The position numbers were made by a program, and so were the translations under genes. The notes beneath the pieces were generated by a model. It was not told where the DNA came from. It worked only from the letters and a program-made list of their open reading frames with translations, and made no database searches. A stretch of DNA of 64,000 bases from Octopus bimaculoides (taxonomy: Eukaryota): positions 21,506,931 to 21,570,930 of the forward strand of contig NC_069000.1 of NCBI RefSeq assembly GCF_001194135.2, written 5' to 3'. Below are positions 1 to 11,630 of this stretch, piece after piece. The first letter of the stretch is position 1. The number at the start of each line of letters is the position of its first letter.

Positions 1-310
1 GACTAGGTGACTGGCAGGTTTCCTGAAGTTGGTATTGCAGACCATAAGATCGGTTGTATCACAGAACTCCAGCAGTCTGGTTACCTCCTCGTTGCGGGAA
101 CCGAAGCCATAGCCTCCATGTATGCCATGGAAGCCTCCAGCACGACGTCCTACATGACCGTTGAAGTCTCCAGCCACAAAGAGAAGGTCCCTGTCACTCG
201 TCGACGAGGTAGTTTGCAAGAGGGTGTCATAGAATTGGTCTTTCAGACCATCTGGTAGCCCCGGTCGAGGTGCATAGGCTGAGATGACAGTAGCTAATCT
301 ATGATGAAGC
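1..310 (-). mobile_element. RTE-clade LINE, AP-endonuclease fragment in a CHK1 intron
   Basis: Minus frame reads VISAYAP...FYDTL...LFVAGDFNGHVG...GGYGFGSRNEEVTRLLEFC...VCNTNFRK; SAYAP and GDFN are APE motifs. Confidence 0.92.
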
Positions 311-688
311 ACTAGTCTGATCTTAAGTACTCTGTCACTTACTCTAACGACCTCGATTAAAAAACCCCAGCATAAAACAGATCTGTATAGACTGGGTTAT
401 AACTGATACTTTCTTTTGAGATTTCAATAACAAGTCTATTCTGTGTAAGAGATCTTCAACAGAGCATCTCACCACTTTCACCCTCCCATCTAAATGTGAA
501 TAGCTGTACAGCTCCCCTACAACAAGAAACCTGTTCTGTTCTGAACACTTCTCTCTCACTCTAACTTCCTGGAAAGCAGACATAAAACGATGAAGATGAT
601 GAAACTTATACATCCATACTTCACCATCCTGATTCTATTAAGATCGAAATAACAGACAATGATAATGGTCAATTACAAGAATACTTAC

Positions 689-753
689 TCTCCATAAGCA
701 CCTTCTCCAAGAGTCTGTACTAAATCCCAGCCTTCAATAAAAGAGGATACCAT
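689..753 (-). CDS. CHEK1: Checkpoint kinase 1, first coding exon (kinase N-lobe, Gly-rich loop); gene continues beyond the left window edge
   Basis: Minus strand translates MVSSFIEGWDLVQTLGEGAYG+GA; WDLVQTLGEGAYGE matches the human CHK1 N-terminus as I recall it. Acceptor has a long polypyrimidine tract and CAG (exon starts at 757, 4 nt before the ATG). Donor GA|GTAAGT at 688, phase 2. Confidence 0.92.
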
Positions 754-864
754 TTTCCTGGTAAGAAGAATAAAGAACAAAAAATTAGAAATAAAACAAA
801 CTAATTATATTAGGTATCACTATAGAATGCCATCTTTTTTTCTTTTCACCCTTTTCAAGCCAAG

Positions 865-1149
865 CCAGGTTCATGGGCTTGGTTTCCTGGTTTTTATGGC
901 GTATGTGTTCCCCCCAGCTGGATGGGACGCCAGTCCCATCGCAGTGTTACTCAAGAAACAGGAAGAAAGAGTGAGAGAAAGTTGGGGCGAAAGAATACAA
1001 CAGGGGTCGCCACCACCCCCTGCCAGAGCCTCGTGGAGCTTAAGGTGTTTTCGCTCAATAAACACACACAACGCCTGGTCTGGGAATCGAAACTACGATC
1101 CTCCGACCGAGAGTCTGCTGCTCTAGCCACTGGGCCATTGCACCTCCAC
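865..1149 (-). mobile_element. tRNA-derived SINE (same head family as 45952-46340)
   Basis: Reverse complement starts GTGGAGGTGCAATGGCCCAGTGGCTAG (A-box) ... GTTTCGATTCCCAGACC (B-box), shared with other copies in the window. Confidence 0.85.
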
Positions 1150-1407
1150 ATAGAACGCCATACAATGGAGAAAAGCACAGTTTGAACACACAGAAACACT
1201 TTTTGCTTCATTTCATGTCAAAATAAATATTTTCTGAGGAAAATTATATATCATTTGAAAGTTCTGGATGTGAACCTTCTTCTCACATAGTTTTAAAATC
1301 TGACAGTAACAAATCATACCAGGATCCTTCAAACACCCTGATATTTCTACACATTTACAACGTTTGTCCCATGTTTTTTGGACTACTGAACAGTAGCCCT
1401 CATTCTA

Positions 1408-1534
1408 CAGGGTGTCCACAAAGTCTGGGTATGTGGAGTAAATAAAATCATATCATAAACAATTAAATATAAGAAATAATACTTTCTTAAAGTATGTGTT
1501 AATCCCCATGTACCCAGACTTTGTGGACACCCTG
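1408..1534. mobile_element. 127-bp Tc1/mariner-type MITE
   Basis: 24-bp TIRs CAGGGTGTCCACAAAGTCTGGGTA / TACCCAGACTTTGTGGACACCCTG, flanked by TA on both sides. Confidence 0.9.
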
Positions 1535-2119
1535 TAGTTCAATGTGCTCAAGTGCCATAACTGAAGTTGTGTTTAAAATCATACTGTCATGAGGAGGAAG
1601 CTTTTCACTTTATTTTTATATAAAAATCGATGGGAGTAGGTCAGATGTTGGTCATGAAGTATAAAAGTTAAAATTCAATTGTTAATTTCCACTTAGAAAA
1701 GGACATATTTTCTTTGATATTTTATATCATAGGAAAAAAAATTTCTTATGAATTTTATATAGTTATGAATAATTCTGGCCACGATGTGGTGAAAAAGCGC
1801 AAAGTCACTTAAGAGGGTGGTATACTCACCTTACTTGCCAAACTGATGTATTCATGTGCGGTGAAAGATCAAATGGAACACAGATCCAAGGCTTCAAATA
1901 TCAAGTTTGAGCCAGGATTTCAGGAAATGAATGAACTAATTACTAAGTAAACATATTTCTACAAAAAATGCACTAAATTGAGATAAACAAGACTGCTAGA
2001 GCCCAAACTTAGCATGAAATTGTTGTATTGGGAATGTTGTTTTTTCCTCTCACTGTTTTAACATGTGGCAAACCTAGTGGATATTCTTGTAGATGTAAAT
2101 TTTATTTGCTTTGAGAAAT

Positions 2120-3700
2120 AATCATCATCATCATTGTTCAACATCCGTTTTCAATGCTGGCATGAGTTGGATGGTTTGATGGGGGACTGGCAAGCCAGGG
2201 GACTGCACCAGGCTCCAATCTGATCTGACAAGGTTTCTACAGCTGAATGCCCTTCTTAATGCCAACCACTCCAAAAGTGTAGTGGGTGCTTTTTTCGTAC
2301 CACCGGCATGGGAGCCAGTCAGATGGCACTGGCATTGGCCACACAAGGATGGGAGCCAGTCAGATGGCACTGGCATTGGCCACACAAGGATGGTGCTTTT
2401 TACATGTCACCAGCACAGGAACCAGTCGAGGCAGGGGAGCTGGCATCAACCACATTTGGATAGTGCTTTTTACGTGCCACTGGTACAGGAAGCCAGTCAA
2501 GCGGCACTGGCATAGACCGACGCATGAATAGTGCTTATTGCGTGCCACCAGCATGAGATCCAGTCAGGCGGCACTAGCATCAGCCACAACTACAATTTCC
2601 ATTTTGATCTCGATTTGATTGAGATTCTGATTGTGATTTTACTTGACTCAATAGGTCTCCTCAAGCACAACGTGTTGCCCAACAATTCAAAGGTACTTTT
2701 TAAATGGGCTGGTTATGTGACACTGGTATAGGCCATGGCTGTGATCTCACTTTACTTGCCAGGTCTTCTCAATCACAGCATACTGCCAGAGGCCTTGGTC
2801 TCTTGTCTTTGCCTCTGTGAGGCCCAACATTCAAAGGTCGTGCTTCACCACCTCATCCCATGTCTTCCACGGGTTCCTTCCACTGTTAGGGAGTGATACT
2901 TCTTCACACAGCTCTCCTCATCCATATGCAGTACATGACCATACCAACACAGTTGTCTCTCTCGCACACCACATCTGATGCTTCTTATGTCCAACATTTG
3001 TCTCAGGGCGCTTACTCTGTTTTTATGTGCACACTGACATTACACATCCAGCAGATCATACTAGCTTCATTTCTTTCAAGCCTACGTATGTCCTCAACAG
3101 TCATGTCCCATGTTTCACTGCCATGTAGCATGGAAGTTCGCACACATGCATCATACAATCTACCTTTCACTCTGAGCAAGAGGCCTTTTGTCACCAGCAG
3201 AGGTAGGAGCTTTCTGAACTTTGCCCAGGCTATTCTTATTCTAGTGGCAACGCTCTCAGAGCATCCACCCCCACTACAGACTTGGTCACTTAGGTAGTAG
3301 AAGCTATCAACTACTTCTAGTTTCTTCCCCTGGCATGTGATGGAATCTGTTTTATGAACATCTTAGGTGTTTATTGCCCCGGTGCATCTGCCACACACAA
3401 AAACTATCATCCCAGTTAACTTTCCTTTGATGTTGCTGCACCTCTTATGCGTCCATAGCTTACACTGGGTACATCTTATGGAGTTTCTACCTACAACTTT
3501 TCGACAGATCGAGCATGGCCATCTACCTGAAGGGGTCTGTGACTTGTTTGCCTTCCTCTTACTAGGACTTTGGTTTTTCCAACGTTGACTCTAAAGCCCT
3601 TCGATTCTAAACCTTGCTTCCACACCTGAAATTTCTTCTCTAGTTCTGGTAGTGATTCAGCTATGAGAGTAAAGTCATCAGCATAGAGGAGCTCAAACTA
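2120..3700 (-). mobile_element. 5'-truncated, decayed RTE-clade LINE (RT C-terminus, 3' UTR and (GAT)n tail)
   Basis: Minus strand gives ELLYADD at about 3675-3695, a Cys-rich insert, LEVVDSFYYL, RIRIAWAKF, RLYDACVRTSMLHGSETW; the 3' UTR has about 60-bp tandem units; (CAT)n at 2121-2134. Confidence 0.92.
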
Positions 3701-3899
3701 GCCAGATCTGGTTTCTCACACCTACCATATAATGTCCTAAAAATACACAATCACATCATCAGAATCTTGAAGTTATGAGATAATGCATTATTAATTCAAA
3801 ACAAAGTGGAAAAACAAGCATTACATTTGACCTGAATGCTAAAGGGTTAAGGTTTTAGATGATAAATTTATTCAGAGAAATTTCTCTGGATGCCATCCG

Positions 3900-4250
3900 C
3901 ATTTCCTAACCACATGGTTCTGGGTTCAGTCTCATTGCGTGGCACCTTGGACAAGTGTCTTCTACTACAGCTCCGGGTCGACCAAAGCTTTGAAATTAGA
4001 TTTGGTAAGCGGAAACTGAAAGAAACTGGTCGTATGTGTGTGTGTGTTTGTCCCCCGCCACCGCTTGACACCCGGTGTTGGTTTGTTTACGTCCCCGTAA
4101 CTCAGAGGTTCGGCAAACGAGACCGATAGATAGAATAAGTACAGAGCTTTAAAAAATAGTTCATGAGGTCGATCTGTTCGACTAAAAATTTCTCAAGGCG
4201 GTGCCCCAGTAAGGCCGCAGTCTAATTACTGATACAAGTAAAAGATAAAA
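3900..4250 (+). mobile_element. tRNA-derived SINE, abundant family (further copies at about 27750-28110, 28830-29245, 41760-42090, 48375-48780, 55415-55780, 57120-57480 and on the minus strand)
   Basis: Shared head CATGGTTCTGGGTTCAGTC..GGCACCTTGG.CAAGTGTCTTCTACT, internal (TG)n, and 3' end GGCCGCAGTC.AATGACTGAAACAAGTAAAAG. Confidence 0.85.
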
Positions 4251-7200
4251 TGTTTAATGTCGTTAGGAAGAAAAAATACTTATGTAGTGAAGCAAAAAAT
4301 ATTAACATTTAAAACATCAATTACTAATAGTATTTTAATTATTCTAACAAAATCGAGTAACAACTTGAACATGTTTCGCCCTTTATTCGACACCTTCAGC
4401 AAAACAAAACTATGCTGTATTTATAATAGGTGTCGAAGTGGTGATTGGACCGCTAACAGAACACATATGGCATCGATTATCCAAAGTTAACACTGCTTAT
4501 ATGCTTCCGATGTAATTTAACTGTTCCTACATAAATTGTTTTATTCATTGTTTTATACTTAACAAAAGAGGAGGAGGAATCACACTTCCGTCTGTATGAA
4601 GCGAAAAAAATCATGAATAAATTAAAAACTTACACTAAATGTCCTATAGTAGACTACTGTTCTAGTCACTAAAATAACTATGTCGATATATTGATTTAGC
4701 ATGAGATTGTATGATCATTCCTTACTGATGTGAGTGATATGAATGAAGAGACTTAAAAAAAATAAAGGCGAAATTAAATACGCACACCCGGTGTTTAGGG
4801 TTAGGGTTTAAGATTAGGAATTTTTGTTACACCGAAAACGGGTGGTGTGCGTATTCTTTACCTCTGCCAAAAAAAATTGCTTGAACATCATTACCATTGC
4901 AGTGTAAGCTTCTACTTTGAGCTGCTAAAAATAGCAGCCGAATCTTCCCTCAAATAGACAGACAGATAATACGATTAAACTTTTTGTCAACTTGAATTTG
5001 AGGATGAAATTATTGAAGTCGTTATTATTTATTTAGCCTTTAAAATTTATTTAACTTAGTGGTAGTCATTATTTCGAAATTTCTTTTCCTATACCGATTC
5101 ATGAACTTCTTTTCATGTTGTTTATATAGTATAATTCAGTTATTGATTTACCGTTTTCACTTAATAATAAATGTTCAGGTTGGACAATGGCTACATGAAT
5201 CAGTTTCACAAGTATAGGAGAATTCTGTAAGAGTCACCACAGGATGTTTCCCTCCTCTGATTAACTCTACTGAAAAATAATAATCTACAATAATAAAAAA
5301 ACAAAACTTATAGTTGCGGGTCCCGGATATAATAAATAAGCACCGAAAATTAGTGCACAACAGTGTTATTAATAAACATATTTTCATAACAATTTGGCAA
5401 TTCTTTTTTCATTCGTTACCCAAAATATATTTTCGCAATAAAAAAAATCTTTATTGTCACCGTTCAGGTTTTTGTTTTTCATTCTTGCTGTCACGGGCAG
5501 AACTTCAGACATCATTCATTATTCAACAATTGTGAAGTTCTTTAGCCTTGGGTCAATCCATAAGATAGCAAGTGAATATATGTATTGTCAAGAGAGGGTC
5601 ATTATGCCAATAACAATAAACACAAATAGTAATTCAATACCACTTGTTTATTTTTTGTGAATCGGTTAAATGACCTACCCTAGACACAAGATTTGTTTCA
5701 ACACACGAATTCACATCAAGAATTTTGCAAAATAAATACAAAACGATATATATATATTGTTGTGTATGTGTGTGTGTGAATGAAGGTTTCGATATAAGTC
5801 TGGCACTATATGCTGTTTTCATGTACGAAGAAAACATGCTGATCTTCTGACAGTGACAAAAGAAAAACAGAAAAAGAACTTGAAGTGATACTAAAGATAT
5901 TACACAACTAAAATAAGATTTTAACCACTTTTTTTCTATTCCTTCATTCTTTCTTGGTCATCTTACCTATTTATAAAACCTATAAACATCACGAGTTGTA
6001 AAAATAGTTTTGAATCATCTAGTCAACTTCTTTCGTTCGTTGTCTTAGCCTCGATGGGGAAAAAGTAGGGAGAAGTTTATTTATATTTTCATTGCATTTC
6101 ATTTAAATAACATTCCAATTAAAGCAAGGATGAAAACTTATCTCATAAAAGTAATTTGGGGGGGGGGGGCTTGTAACTTCCTGTAATGCAGCACAAGTCC
6201 GATGTAAAAGAGAAATCGAAATATTTTGTATTTAGTGACCTATTTAACCATTCAAAGATAAAGAATCTAAAACTTTGTAGGTAAACATAACAAGGTTACT
6301 AGAAAGATGAAATATGTAAACAGTAAGTTTCTAACTCAGAAGACGGAGATAATGACAACGTTGTAAATAATAAATTTTGTGATGATTTTTAACAAATTAA
6401 GACATGTTATTTCTTACAATTTTTACCAGCACATACAAAATATTTCGATTTCTCTATTACATCGGACTTCGGCTACATTAAAGGCAGTTACAATGTCCCC
6501 AAAATTACTTTTATGAGTTACGAAGTTTTCATCCTTACTTTAATTTGATTTTTTTAAAAACTTTTTTTACTTGCTATTTATTTTGCTAAATAGAATATTC
6601 ATAGTCTTCAAGAGAGATTTGTGCATAACAAATCCCTAATAATATATTTCGTAAAAAGAAAAATATCAAAACAAGAAGTAATCACGCTACAATCGTTATA
6701 TTCCAGAGACCTTGGTATATTAGTTTAGTCTCTAAATGCCAAGATAGCAAACTTAAACAAAAAAGCATGCAGTAAATTTATCCAAATATTGTTTGCAAAA
6801 CAACTCAGTAGTAATGCAAATAGTTTCATCATTCTAAAATTAAACATTTCAATAAACTTGTCAGCCGGCTGGCCTATTTTCTTATACATTATAAAGAACA
6901 CTTTGTGGATGAAGAACAAGGGGAAAAAACGTGTTGAGCAGAGAAAGCTTAAGATAGCAAGTGGATATTTAGAGGCGTAAATTGAGCTATTCCAATTATT
7001 GGTAGAAAAGGGTTTCAAGAGCAGGAAAACAGCCAGAGAAAATCGTTCGCATACCTGCTGATTGAAAATATATCATAACACTTGGTTGTTTAAAGGTCCT
7101 GTCGGTTCCTGCAGGTGGTAGACTTGAAAACAATTTGTAAATAAAGTCATGCGTTTACAAACAACCCTTTAGTACGAGATCACACACTAACAAGCGATTC

Positions 7201-7700
7201 CAATGAGATGAGTAAAAGAAATTAATGCTAAGGAAGAAAATGAAAGTTTTGTTAGAACAAGAAACAGTCATCAGTTACATAGGAATCTACCCGACCAACA
7301 CGTGGTGGTGTCTGACAGGAGAGCGCTAGAACTGAACGAGGGAATATATAATTCCGGTTCATTCATTGTGTTGTCCTTGTTTCCTTAATCTGTGTGCTTT
7401 TTTTTTTCTTTCGGTAATGGGATTGGCAATTAGCCTGTCCGCTATTTTTATTTACAGACGAGTGATTTCAGAAAGTTTGAAAGACTTAGTGGAAATACAT
7501 CCGTTGTTTAGTCTCAAATCAACAATGATTGAGTATAGCTATAATCAAAGACGATCCACTCATGACCAACCCCTCTTGTATATCCAGAATACAGTGTCTA
7601 ATGCGCCCTTTTTAAAGACAGTAGTGAGTGCTTCGAGAGAGGTTTAGCTGAGAATTTTTTTTTTTCCAATAGATACTCTTCATAGATATTAAAGGTTATT
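4200..7700. promoter_or_regulatory. CpG-retaining region, probable CHK1 promoter/5' region
   Basis: CG dinucleotides are visibly more frequent than in flanking introns; CACTTCCG (ETS-like) at 4583 and ATTCCGG at 7351; minus-strand donor CAG|GTATGC at 7055/7054. The TSS cannot be fixed from sequence alone. Confidence 0.45.
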
Positions 7701-8837
7701 CCTGTTAGATATATTTATCTATACTTAATACTATACTAACATGAATAATCAGGAAAACTATCATAATTATACAGGCTTCATATTTGTTTATAAGTATTCT
7801 TTCGTTATCATCAATATCTCTATTTAATAATTTACCTTGCGCAAGTCTGATAGAATATTGGTACCTGTCAAATGATAGTTATATAATACAAACTTTCTTT
7901 TATGACTTGTTCCTTTAAAACTGTTGATGATTCCTGTTCTCATAGTAGCACTTCATTTGTGTCATACGAGGCACCAGCATTTAGGTTATGCTTCAAGCAC
8001 CGATGTCTATTCCACAAATGCCAACTCAATGATAATCTAGTGTATGTGTGACATATATTTCACTCGATGGTGTAGCATAGGTTTTGGTAGAACCCTTCCT
8101 TAGACGTAGCATACCTATGACTACAGGGAAACAACTGTTTGTAAAGTGGCTGCTCTGTGCACATCGCACACCCTACGCTACGTCATTGATTTCATTCTGC
8201 AGACCCCACAGATGATCCAGTGAAACAGACAAACAAGAAATGGAAACTCGACATCAGCTTCTGTTTCTCTGGGTGTGCAGACTGTCTCACCAATCCTTCC
8301 TCGAGCCACTCTGTGCACTTTATCTATCTCCATTTAGTTACCTACACCAGTTATGGGTTTAGTAGAAAGTGGGTTATACATATTTAGATTGTATACCTGA
8401 CTTTCTACTATAAAATTGAAGAAATTGACGGAACGCTGAACTCCAGACTAAACAACTCAAACAACATTTATTTACTTGGTAAAACATACAAATCTTTAGT
8501 TATACATCTTTAGAGGTGAGAATAACGAGCTGTCGAGTATAAGACCGAAAGATGTAGAGACAGCTTTAAAACACACGTCCTTGCTCAATCGCTGGCCAGC
8601 GTGAAAGAGAATGAATTGAGCGGGAAACGCTTGCTTTATTAATTCTACGCATGCGTAAGACTACACATGCGCAGGCGTTACTACAGAGCTCCCTCGCCAG
8701 AGCGGAAACGCACGATAAATAAAATCTGTTAGAACGCCTGAGGCAGGATGGCCACTGAAAAACCACCCACAAGATGTGGTACAAACACACACAAAGAAAA
8801 TTCAAAGAAATGAAATGTACACTTGTGAAATACATGC

Positions 8838-9145
8838 ATGCAACGTATAAATGAAATGACAATGACAAAACAACCGTGATGACAACTGTCCAGGAAACTA
8901 GAATCACGCGATGTAAAAGTCTGAGAGTTTGTTTAACCTGAAAGGAAAGAAAATGTATGAGTGCACAAGTATGTGTGTGAGAAAAAACACAGAACATGCA
9001 ATGTATAAATGAAATGACAATGACAAAACAACCGTGATGACAACTGTCCAGGAAACTGGAATCACGCGATGTAAAAGTCTGAGAGTTTGTTTTCCCTGAA
9101 AGGAAAGAAAATGTATGAGTGCACAAGTGTGTGTGTGAGAAAAAA
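8838..9145. repeat. About 158-bp tandem duplication inside the LTR element
   Basis: Units start at 8838 (ATGCAACGTATAAATG) and 8996 (ATGCAATGTATAAATG), nearly identical, and run into the N-gap. Confidence 0.88.
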
Positions 9146-9870
9146 NNNNNNNNNNNNNNNNNNNNNNNNNNNNNNNNNNNNNNNNNNNNNNNNNNNNNNN
9201 NNNNNNNNNNNNNNNNNNNNNNNNNNNNNNNNNNNNNNNNNNNNNNNNNNNNNNNNNNNNNNNNNNNNNNNNNNNNNNNNNNNNNNNNNNNNNNNNNNNN
9301 NNNNNNNNNNNNNNNNNNNNNNNNNNNNNNNNNNNNNNNNNNNNNNNNNNNNNNNNNNNNNNNNNNNNNNNNNNNNNNNNNNNNNNNNNNNNNNNNNNNN
9401 NNNNNNNNNNNNNNNNNNNNNNNNNNNNNNNNNNNNNNNNNNNNNNNNNNNNNNNNNNNNNNNNNNNNNNNNNNNNNNNNNNNNNNNNNNNNNNNNNNNN
9501 NNNNNNNNNNNNNNNNNNNNNNNNNNNNNNNNNNNNNNNNNNNNNNNNNNNNNNNNNNNNNNNNNNNNNNNNNNNNNNNNNNNNNNNNNNNNNNNNNNNN
9601 NNNNNNNNNNNNNNNNNNNNNNNNNNNNNNNNNNNNNNNNNNNNNNNNNNNNNNNNNNNNNNNNNNNNNNNNNNNNNNNNNNNNNNNNNNNNNNNNNNNN
9701 NNNNNNNNNNNNNNNNNNNNNNNNNNNNNNNNNNNNNNNNNNNNNNNNNNNNNNNNNNNNNNNNNNNNNNNNNNNNNNNNNNNNNNNNNNNNNNNNNNNN
9801 NNNNNNNNNNNNNNNNNNNNNNNNNNNNNNNNNNNNNNNNNNNNNNNNNNNNNNNNNNNNNNNNNNNNNN
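9146..9870. other. Assembly gaps (N): 9146-9870, 11048-11295, 16820-16864, 20240-20682, 54465-55168
   Basis: N runs are directly visible, and all abut repeats. Confidence 1.
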
Positions 9871-11295
9871 TGGGTTATACATCTTTAGATTGTATACCTG
9901 ACTTTCTACTAAAAAATTGAAGAAATTGACGGAACGCTGAACTCCAGACTAAACAACTCAAACAACATTTATTTACTTGGTAAAACATACAAATCTTTAG
10001 AGGTGAGAATAACGAGCTGTCGAGTATAAGACCGAAAGATGTAGAGACAGCTTTAAAACACACGTCCTTGCTCAATCGCTGGCCAGCGTGAAAGAGAATG
10101 AATTGAGCGGGAAACGCTTGCTTTATTAATTCTACGCATGCGTAAGACTGCACATGCGCAGGCGTTACTACATGGGCAACCTGCATCCCACGGGACATTC
10201 TGAATGGCACGCCTAATGAAAAATAACCTTCAATGTTTTCAGCAGTGCTGTATGTTTGATGATGAACCATGTCTCAATGCGGCCCGCAGATCGTAAAATG
10301 TTACCCATACCTCCCTCACTTCCTGACATATTTAATACGAGCTAACGAGAGATCCACTAAGTGGTCTCTTGACCCGCAAGAAGTAGCTGTCTAATCTCCC
10401 TCAAACCACATTCTAATGTCTTTAAAAAGAATACATTGGATATTTTAGTCTGAGATACACTATTCCACTCCAGACACCATATTTAATACGAACCAACAAG
10501 GAATCCCCTGAGTGATCGCTGGACCTGCTAGAAACAGTTACCAAATCTCCCACAAACTATATCATATTGTCTTTAAAAAAGTCTGCTCAATTCGGGCTTA
10601 TCTGGGATTAAACAATAACAACAATCATAACAAACACTTTATTCAATCGTTTTCTCCACAAAATTAAAAATCTCTTGAACATTCTCCCAGGCAAATGTTA
10701 TCCTGCTAAACAATGGTCAAAAGTAATTCAAGCTGTAATTCAACATTAAACTCATCAGTACAGAAATGTTTACTGCCTCTGATTAAACAGTTAAAATATA
10801 TATATATAAATACACACACACACACTTATGTATAATTATTGATTTCAAAATTTGGCACAAGATCACTAATTTTGGGGGAGGGAGAGTGAGGTACATTGAC
10901 CCCAGAGTTCAACTGGTACGTCTTTACGGACCCCAAAAGGATAAAAGACAAAGTTGATCTTGGCAGAATTTGATCTCAGAATGTAAAGATGGACGAAATG
11001 GCACACTAACAATTCTGCCAGCTCGCCATTTATATATATATATATATNNNNNNNNNNNNNNNNNNNNNNNNNNNNNNNNNNNNNNNNNNNNNNNNNNNNN
11101 NNNNNNNNNNNNNNNNNNNNNNNNNNNNNNNNNNNNNNNNNNNNNNNNNNNNNNNNNNNNNNNNNNNNNNNNNNNNNNNNNNNNNNNNNNNNNNNNNNNN
11201 NNNNNNNNNNNNNNNNNNNNNNNNNNNNNNNNNNNNNNNNNNNNNNNNNNNNNNNNNNNNNNNNNNNNNNNNNNNNNNNNNNNNNNNNNNNNNNN

Positions 11296-11630
11296 GTGGC
11301 TTTTTAAACCAGACAGTGTTTTGAAAAAACACCCACACAGATTGCACCTCTGATTTGCACTACCAATACCTGCAAGTAAGTTCTGCTCATTGTGGATCCT
11401 AACATGTCTTTTAAGACCCCCATTGGATTTGCAAACCCTCTGGCACACACCACATTCAAACGTGTGCACAGACATATAATCAGAATAGCTGGATGAGGTT
11501 TGTTTTCCATGGGTTCGCAGGTGAGATTTGAGGCCAGCCATGGACAGACATGGTCTGTCACAGACTGTGCACACAAAAAGGTCCTTGTCATTCACCTTCT
11601 CAGTCTTCACCTTTTTCCTTAAATGTCTCT
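11296..11630 (-). mobile_element. Open frame with three C2H2-type zinc fingers, probably the 3' end of an RTE-type LINE ORF
   Basis: CTVCDRPCLSMAGLKSHLRTH, CGVCQRVCKSNGGLKRHVRIH, CNLCGCFFKTLSGLKSH(gap). CxxCxRxCxSxxGLxSH signature with long non-TGEKP linkers; flanked by (TA)n. Confidence 0.55.

Larger units (their letters stand above)
8358..10172 (-). mobile_element. Small LTR retroelement (non-autonomous, TRIM-like), about 1.8 kb by gap estimate
   Basis: Direct repeats at 8358-8685 and (gap)9871-10172 differ by about 3 substitutions and one short indel. Both end ...GGCGTTACTACA; the left starts TTTAGTAG (degenerate TGTAGTAG). 4-bp TSD TGGG at 8354-8357 and 10173-10176. Purine-rich GGCGAGGGAG and AATAAA on the minus strand suggest minus orientation; the PBS would be in the gap. 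Confidence 0.72.

Noticed and set aside
4794-4810. Telomere or interstitial telomeric array
   Set aside because: Only about two TTAGGG units.
6725-7018. 97-aa minus ORF and overlapping 63-aa plus ORF near the putative promoter
   Set aside because: No recognisable domain, low-complexity F/L/I content typical of AT-rich non-coding DNA, no consistent splice context.
8566-9920. Long ORFs in the track (also 20058-20782, 54367-55339)
   Set aside because: Their length comes from N-runs translated as X.
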